NCBI GenBank assembly: GCA_965201075.1
Contig: CBDAVP010000003.1
Coordinates: 124,001-188,000, forward strand
Length of the DNA stretch: 64,000 nt
From: Isosphaeraceae bacterium
GTDB lineage: Bacteria; Planctomycetota; Planctomycetia; Isosphaerales; Isosphaeraceae
Direction of reading: 5' to 3'
Part shown: one piece after another, positions 59,038-64,000 of the stretch
How positions within the stretch are numbered: position 1 is the first letter of the stretch
Layout of the letters: each line of letters begins with the position of its first letter
The notes under the pieces: generated by a model
Database searches by the model: none
Told to the model about the DNA's origin: nothing
The model's input: the letters and a program-made list of their open reading frames with translations, nothing else
Position numbers and translations under genes: made by a program

Positions 59038-60342
59038 ATGATCCAGATTCGCAATGGTCGGGTGATTGACCCGGCGTCGAAGTTTGACGGGCTGGCCGAC
59101 CTTTGGCTCGACGGCGGTAAGGTGCTGGGGATCGGCGAGTCGGCCGGGCAGGGGCGGACGGCCGACTTGGTCATCGACGCGACGGGCTTGCTGGTTTGTC
59201 CTGGCCTGATCGATGTGCATGTCCACCTGAGAGAGCCGGGCAACGAGGAGGACGAGACGATCGCCACGGGCGCCGCCGCGGCGCTGGCCGGGGGGGTGAC
59301 GTCGTTGGCGTGCATGCCGAACACTCGCCCGGCGCTGGATACCCAGGGGGCGGCCGAGTTCGTCATGCTTCAGGCCCAGCGAGCCGGCAAGGCCAACGTG
59401 TATCCGGTGGGGGCCGTTAGCAAGGGGCGCGAGGGGATTGAACTGGCCGAACTTGGTCAGTTGGTCGAGGGGGGCGCGGTGGCCTTTACGGATGATGGGG
59501 CGCCTGTGGCTTCTGCGGCGTTGATGAGGCGGGCCTTGCAGTACGCGAAGATGTTTGATCGCGTCATCATGCAGCACTGTCAGGTGCCGGAGCTGACCGA
59601 AGGCGGCGTGATGAACGAGGGCTATGAGTCCATGCGGCTGGGGCTGAGTGGGATGCCGGCGGCGGCCGAGGACATCATGGTCGCCCGCGACATCCGCCTG
59701 GCCGAGATCACCGGCGGCCGGCTCCACATTCAGCATATCTCCACGGCCCGGTCGGTCGAGCTGGTCCGCGAGGGAAAGGCCCGGGGGATTCGCGTCACGG
59801 CCGAGGCCTGTCCGCATCACTTCACCTTGACCGATGAATGCCTGCGTACTTTTGACTCGCGGTTCAAGATGAATCCGCCCTTGAGAACGCAAGAGGATGT
59901 CGACGCGGTGATTGGCGGGTTGATTGATGGGACGATCGAGATTCTGGCCACCGACCATGCCCCTCATGCGCCCGAGAAGAAGATGCGCGAGTTGGACCAG
60001 GCCCCATTTGGGATCGTGGGACTGGAGACCTTGATCCCGATTACGGTCCACGGGCTGATCGAGCCGGGGCATCTGGGTTGGCCCCGCGTCATTGAGATGC
60101 TGACAGTCAACCCGGCGAGGCTGCTGGGGATCGCCAAGGGGACGCTGGCAAGGGGGGCCGACGCGGACGTGACGTTGATCGACCCGGACGTCCGGTGGAC
60201 GATCGATCCCGAGGCGTTCCTGTCCAAGAGTCGGAACACGCCTTATGGTGGCTGGGAGGCGCGGGGGCGGGCTCATACGGTGCTGGTTGCTGGCGAGGTG
60301 CGTCATACGCTGGGCGGGCGAGCATCGGGGGCGGGGGGCTGA
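59038..60342 (+). CDS. pyrC: Dihydroorotase
   Basis: DVHVHLREPG, MPNT.P, HIQHIST, KMNPPLR, ATDHAPH, SKSRNTP. Confidence 0.96.
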   Translation: MIQIRNGRVIDPASKFDGLADLWLDGGKVLGIGESAGQGRTADLVIDATGLLVCPGLIDVHVHLREPGNEEDETIATGAAAALAGGVTSLACMPNTRPALDTQGAAEFVMLQAQRAGKANVYPVGAVSKGREGIELAELGQLVEGGAVAFTDDGAPVASAALMRRALQYAKMFDRVIMQHCQVPELTEGGVMNEGYESMRLGLSGMPAAAEDIMVARDIRLAEITGGRLHIQHISTARSVELVREGKARGIRVTAEACPHHFTLTDECLRTFDSRFKMNPPLRTQEDVDAVIGGLIDGTIEILATDHAPHAPEKKMRELDQAPFGIVGLETLIPITVHGLIEPGHLGWPRVIEMLTVNPARLLGIAKGTLARGADADVTLIDPDVRWTIDPEAFLSKSRNTPYGGWEARGRAHTVLVAGEVRHTLGGRASGAGG

Positions 60343-60468
60343 ATTTCAGGTCAGGTTAACATCCACATCGTTACACCGAAATTCTGGGCGAGCTTCGATA
60401 CCGTCGATGCGAACAATGGCAGTCAGGAAAGTGGGAGCAAGGGGTTCTTCCTCGAAAGGCGGTGGTCC

Positions 60469-60678
60469 ATGTCCTTGACGCTGGATCTCGATTTGCCGGC
60501 GGATCTGTCAAGGTTCCAACTTCCCTCGGCCGTCGCGACTCGACTCAGATTCCTTCTCGACCGGCAGGATGCTGGTGAACCGTTAACCGCCGAGGAACGG
60601 GCCGAGGCGGAGGGACTTGTGGACCTGGCTGATCTGCTCATGCTGCTACGGCTCCGAGCCGAACGAGCGACGCCTTGA
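60469..60678 (+). CDS. Small helical protein, putative antitoxin partner of the HNH gene
   Basis: RL..LLDRQD.G..LT.EER.E.EGLV pattern; stop overlaps the TTG start of the HNH gene. Confidence 0.75.
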   Translation: MSLTLDLDLPADLSRFQLPSAVATRLRFLLDRQDAGEPLTAEERAEAEGLVDLADLLMLLRLRAERATP

Positions 60679-61088
60679 GCGGGATTTCGGCGGGTCTGCG
60701 TGGCGAGATCGTCCGGCGGGCTGACAATCGATGGGAATATAGCAGGTGATCTCAAGCGGGCCAGGAGGCTCTGTTCCACATCGACCATGTCGTTCCTCGG
60801 GCGGCGGGAGGCCCCACCGCGCTGGAGAATCTTGCCCTGGCGTGCGTGTCCTGTTCCCTGCGGAAGGGGGCCCGGCGTTTCGTGCCCGACCTCGCATCGG
60901 GGGAGTCGGTCTCGCTGTTCAACCCGCGCAGGGAAGACTGGAGTGACCACTTTCGCTGGGATGATGCTGAGGTCGTCCCCCTGACTCCAACGGGGCGGGT
61001 GACGGTTGCGGCCCTGGCGATGAATCGTCCGCTAGCCGTGGCTATCCGGCGAGAAGCCGCCGAGCGGGGACGCCACCCGCCGGCATGA
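60675..61088 (+). pseudogene. HNH endonuclease pseudogene (in-frame TGA at 60747-60749)
   Basis: Frame reads RRADNRWEYSR*SQAGQEALFHIDHVVP..GG....NLALACVSC...LFNPR..W.DHF.W...TPTGR; first CxxC replaced by WEYS. Confidence 0.85.
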
Positions 61089-61166
61089 ATCATGATCGGT
61101 CTTCCGGCTGGACCGGCCCTGGGATTCAACCCTAACGACCATGGACCGACCCCGAGCGTTGCCTCG

Positions 61167-62594
61167 TCAATCGGCGATGGCGACGTCGCGTTGACGGTTG
61201 GCGTGGGGCTTGAAGTCGGCCTTGTCGATCCGGTAGCGGCGGAGTTTTTCGCTGATGCTTCGGCGGGACAGGCCGCAGTGGGCGGCGCAGCGGTCGATTC
61301 GTCCTCGATAACGCTCCAGGACTCTTTGGAGATAGGCTCGTTCGACGCGCTCGGTGAGTTCGTCGGTGATGGCCGTCAGGGGGCGTTGGGGGTCGAAGTC
61401 GAGGCTGAAAGGTTCCTCGCGAGTTGAGACGAGGTGGCCGGGGAGGTTCTCGGGGAGGATCGTCGGGCCGGGGGTGGTGACGACCAGTTGCTCGACGAGG
61501 TGCTCCAGTTCGCGGACGTTTCCCGGCCATTCATAGCGGGCCAGTCGCGAGAGCGTTTCCCGGGCGAAGGTCTTGATGGGAAGGCGACGCTCGACCAGTC
61601 GTTCCAGAAAGTGGTCGACGAGCAGGGGGACGTCTTCCACTCGCTCGCGAAGGGGGGGAAGCTCGACGGAGACGACGTTGAGGCGGTAGTAGAGATCCTC
61701 GCGAAATCGGCCCTCGGCCACGGCTCGGACGAGGTCGACGTTGGTGGCGGCCAGGATTCTCGTGTCGACGCGGATGACTTCGGTGCCGCCGACCCGCTCG
61801 AAAGTCCCGTCCTGGAGGACTCTCAGAAGTTTGGCCTGCATGCCCATCGGCAGCTCGCCGATTTCGTCGAGCATGAGCGTGCCGCTCGCCGCCTGTTCGA
61901 AGCGGCCTTTTTTCTGGCGGTCGGCGCCGGTGAACGCCCCCTTTTCGTGGCCGAAAAGCTCGCTTTCCAGGAGGTGCTCGGGCAGAGCCGCGCAGTTGAC
62001 GGCGATCATGGGGCCGGTGCGGGTGGCGTCGGCGTCGTGCAGCGCCTGGGCGACCAGTTCCTTGCCGGTTCCGGTCTCTCCGGTGATCAGCACGGTGCAG
62101 GATTTGGAGGCGATCCGGCCGACCTTGGCGAAGACCTCGCGCATCCGCTCCCCCTTGCCCAGGAGGTTGTGGAAAGCGAACCGCTTGCGAAGGCCATGGC
62201 GCAGAGACTCGACCTCATCGTGCAGGCGACGGTCTTCCAGTGCCTGTTCGACGACGACTTCCAGCCGGAGGGGGTCAATCGGCTTGTGCAGGTAGTCGTA
62301 GGCTCCCAGCTTCATCGCCTCGACGGCCGTGTCGATGGAGGCGAAGCCCGTGAGCATGATGACGGTGACGGGCAGGTCACGCTGACGCACCTGGCGAATC
62401 AGTTCCAGGCCGTCGTCAGGGCCTGGGAGGCGCAGGTCGGTGAGGACGAGGGAGAAGTTGCCCTCGACCAGATATTCCAGCGCGGCGGTGCCGGTGTGGG
62501 CGACCTTGATCCGGCGGTCGGGCCGAGACAGGAGCTGCGAAAGTTGCTGACAGATCAGCTCACTGTCGTCCACGACGAGGATGCGTCGATCCAT
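61167..62594 (-). CDS. Sigma54-dependent response regulator (NtrC family)
   Basis: Receiver domain (ILVVDD, LTDLRLP, KP); AAA+ GETGTGKE, ESELFGHEKGAFTGA, LDEIG, FREDLYYRL, WPGNVREL; Fis-type HTH. Confidence 0.96.
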   Translation of the reverse strand: MDRRILVVDDSELICQQLSQLLSRPDRRIKVAHTGTAALEYLVEGNFSLVLTDLRLPGPDDGLELIRQVRQRDLPVTVIMLTGFASIDTAVEAMKLGAYDYLHKPIDPLRLEVVVEQALEDRRLHDEVESLRHGLRKRFAFHNLLGKGERMREVFAKVGRIASKSCTVLITGETGTGKELVAQALHDADATRTGPMIAVNCAALPEHLLESELFGHEKGAFTGADRQKKGRFEQAASGTLMLDEIGELPMGMQAKLLRVLQDGTFERVGGTEVIRVDTRILAATNVDLVRAVAEGRFREDLYYRLNVVSVELPPLRERVEDVPLLVDHFLERLVERRLPIKTFARETLSRLARYEWPGNVRELEHLVEQLVVTTPGPTILPENLPGHLVSTREEPFSLDFDPQRPLTAITDELTERVERAYLQRVLERYRGRIDRCAAHCGLSRRSISEKLRRYRIDKADFKPHANRQRDVAIAD

Positions 62595-62921
62595 GGCGCA
62601 TTCATCCAGGTGGGTCCGGAAGGGTCCGGAGAGCCGGGACGGGCGGGTGTCGTCCACGCGAGTCCATTCGATTGCGGACGGGCTACTGGGGGTGGGCCGC
62701 CGGCATGGTGGACCCGTCCCCAATCGCTAGACTCTACGCGCTTCGGGGCTTCTGTCAAGGCGAGGTGACCCGAGGTCACGGGCCGCCAATGGGTCTGTTG
62801 AAAAATCGGTCTTGCCGAGCGCGCCGAGGAATGGGATGGTGCGGGGACGCCTGGACGGCGAGGGGCCGGGCGTTGAGGCCGAACCCCGGATGACCCGGGC
62901 CCCGGGGAGATCCCCAAGGAG

Positions 62922-64000
62922 ATGTCGATGCGGGCAGTGCGCACCACCTTGGCGGCGGTCGGGCTCGCCGGGCTTTTGATCCCGGCCGACGCCCACGCCC
63001 AGGCCGCTCCGGGCAAGCCAACCCCTGAACGCATCCTGGAGATGTTCCGGCCCAGTCAACTTGGCGTCGACTACGACATCCCCACCGATAAGGCCGCCAT
63101 CGCCGCCTGCAAGGTCGAAACCGTCCACGACGCTCGCAAAAAAGCGATCGGCTACGAGATGCGCGACGGCCAGGGGCAGCTTCTGCGGCGATTCGTCGAC
63201 ACCGACGCCCGCCCCGGGATGGACCGCTGGAGCTACTACCAGAACGGCTTCGAGGTCTACCGGGAGAGCGACCTCAACGGCGACAAGAGCCTGGACGAGT
63301 GCCGCTGGCTCAACGCCGGGGGAACTCGCGTGGGCGAGGTCAAGGGGGGGAAGATTGTCGCCTGGAAACGAATCTCGGCCGAGGAGTCGGCCAAGGTGAT
63401 GGTCCAGGCCCTGGTCGCCGACGATAAGGTTTTGCTCGAAACCCTGATGGCCACGCCCGCGGAGTTGGAGGCGCTGGGACTACCCAAAACCGCCCAGGAC
63501 CTCGCCGCCAAGGACGCCGCCGTTCGTGCCGACCAGGTGGGCGCCTTGCGGAAGGATCTGGTTGGCTGGACACGGGAGACGGTCTTTACCCTCTTCGACG
63601 GGAAGGTTCCCCACCTGATCCCCGCCGATCCGATGCTGCACCTGGCCGATGACTTGCTGCTCTTCGAGAACGCCCTGATCCTGGCGGGTCTGCCGAATGG
63701 ACAGGCCGGGGCGGACAAGATGGCGTATTTGCAGTCGCCCGAAATCGTCAAGGTGGGCGAGGCCTGGAAGTTCACCGGGTTGCCTCAGGCGTTGAATCCC
63801 GCCAAGCCGGCTCCGGTGGCCGTCCGCGAGACCTTGCGGGCCGCACTCTTCGGCGAGGAGCGGCCCGACGCGGGTCCGGCGGTTCGGCCCGAGGTCAAGG
63901 CCGCCATCGAAGCCGTCGCGGCGCTCGACAAGCAGGGTGTTCCCGACCCCATCGCTGATTTCAAGGCATTCGCCACCTATCACCGACAGCGGATTCACCT
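62922..64000 (+). CDS. Secreted protein, 3'-truncated (resembles N-terminus of large planctomycete redoxin-domain proteins)
   Basis: Not in ORF track because there is no stop in the window; MSMRAVRTTLAAVGLAGLL..AHA signal; GVDYD.P, GQLLRRF.DT, WSYYQNGFEVYRE.D, RWLNAGG, WKRISAEE. Confidence 0.8.
   Translation, partial: MSMRAVRTTLAAVGLAGLLIPADAHAQAAPGKPTPERILEMFRPSQLGVDYDIPTDKAAIAACKVETVHDARKKAIGYEMRDGQGQLLRRFVDTDARPGMDRWSYYQNGFEVYRESDLNGDKSLDECRWLNAGGTRVGEVKGGKIVAWKRISAEESAKVMVQALVADDKVLLETLMATPAELEALGLPKTAQDLAAKDAAVRADQVGALRKDLVGWTRETVFTLFDGKVPHLIPADPMLHLADDLLLFENALILAGLPNGQAGADKMAYLQSPEIVKVGEAWKFTGLPQALNPAKPAPVAVRETLRAALFGEERPDAGPAVRPEVKAAIEAVAALDKQGVPDPIADFKAFATYHRQRIH

Noticed and set aside
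60747..60749. Selenocysteine/readthrough at the HNH TGA
   Set aside because: The TGA is not at a Cys position, neighbouring Cys codons are also mutated, and no SECIS-like hairpin is evident

Overview
High-GC, gene-dense chromosomal segment. Gene content (LEGRxLLT export motifs, dockerin, PEP-CTERM, long LptD-like protein, conserved hypotheticals) suggests a planctomycete, probably Isosphaeraceae-like; this is an inference. It holds about 48 CDS, mostly housekeeping or metabolic (trpG/pabA, moeA, lnt, tal, Tex, queG, metF, nth, folE, sdaA, lptD-like, fabH, ispH, pyrR-pyrB-pyrC, an NtrC-type regulator), plus one tRNA-Ser(GGA). I saw no CRISPR array, integrase, transposase or prophage. Most notable: (1) an apparently stand-alone ~200-nt structured RNA on the minus strand (~44258-44456) with its own near-consensus sigma70 promoter and G-U pairs that only work on that strand; (2) an ABCD/SbmA-BacA-type half transporter with all ATPase motifs degenerate; (3) a Tex protein with a ~320-aa acidic disordered insertion in its YqgF domain and an Arg/Gly/Pro-rich tail; (4) a chromosomal Rad52/DdrA-like annealase with direct repeats upstream of its promoter; (5) a second structured leader/ncRNA at ~33403-33508; (6) a disabled HNH toxin-like gene; (7) a DUF2760-atypical Hsp70 operon; (8) an apparent GC-skew sign change. 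All product calls come from motif recognition by eye, without database searches.
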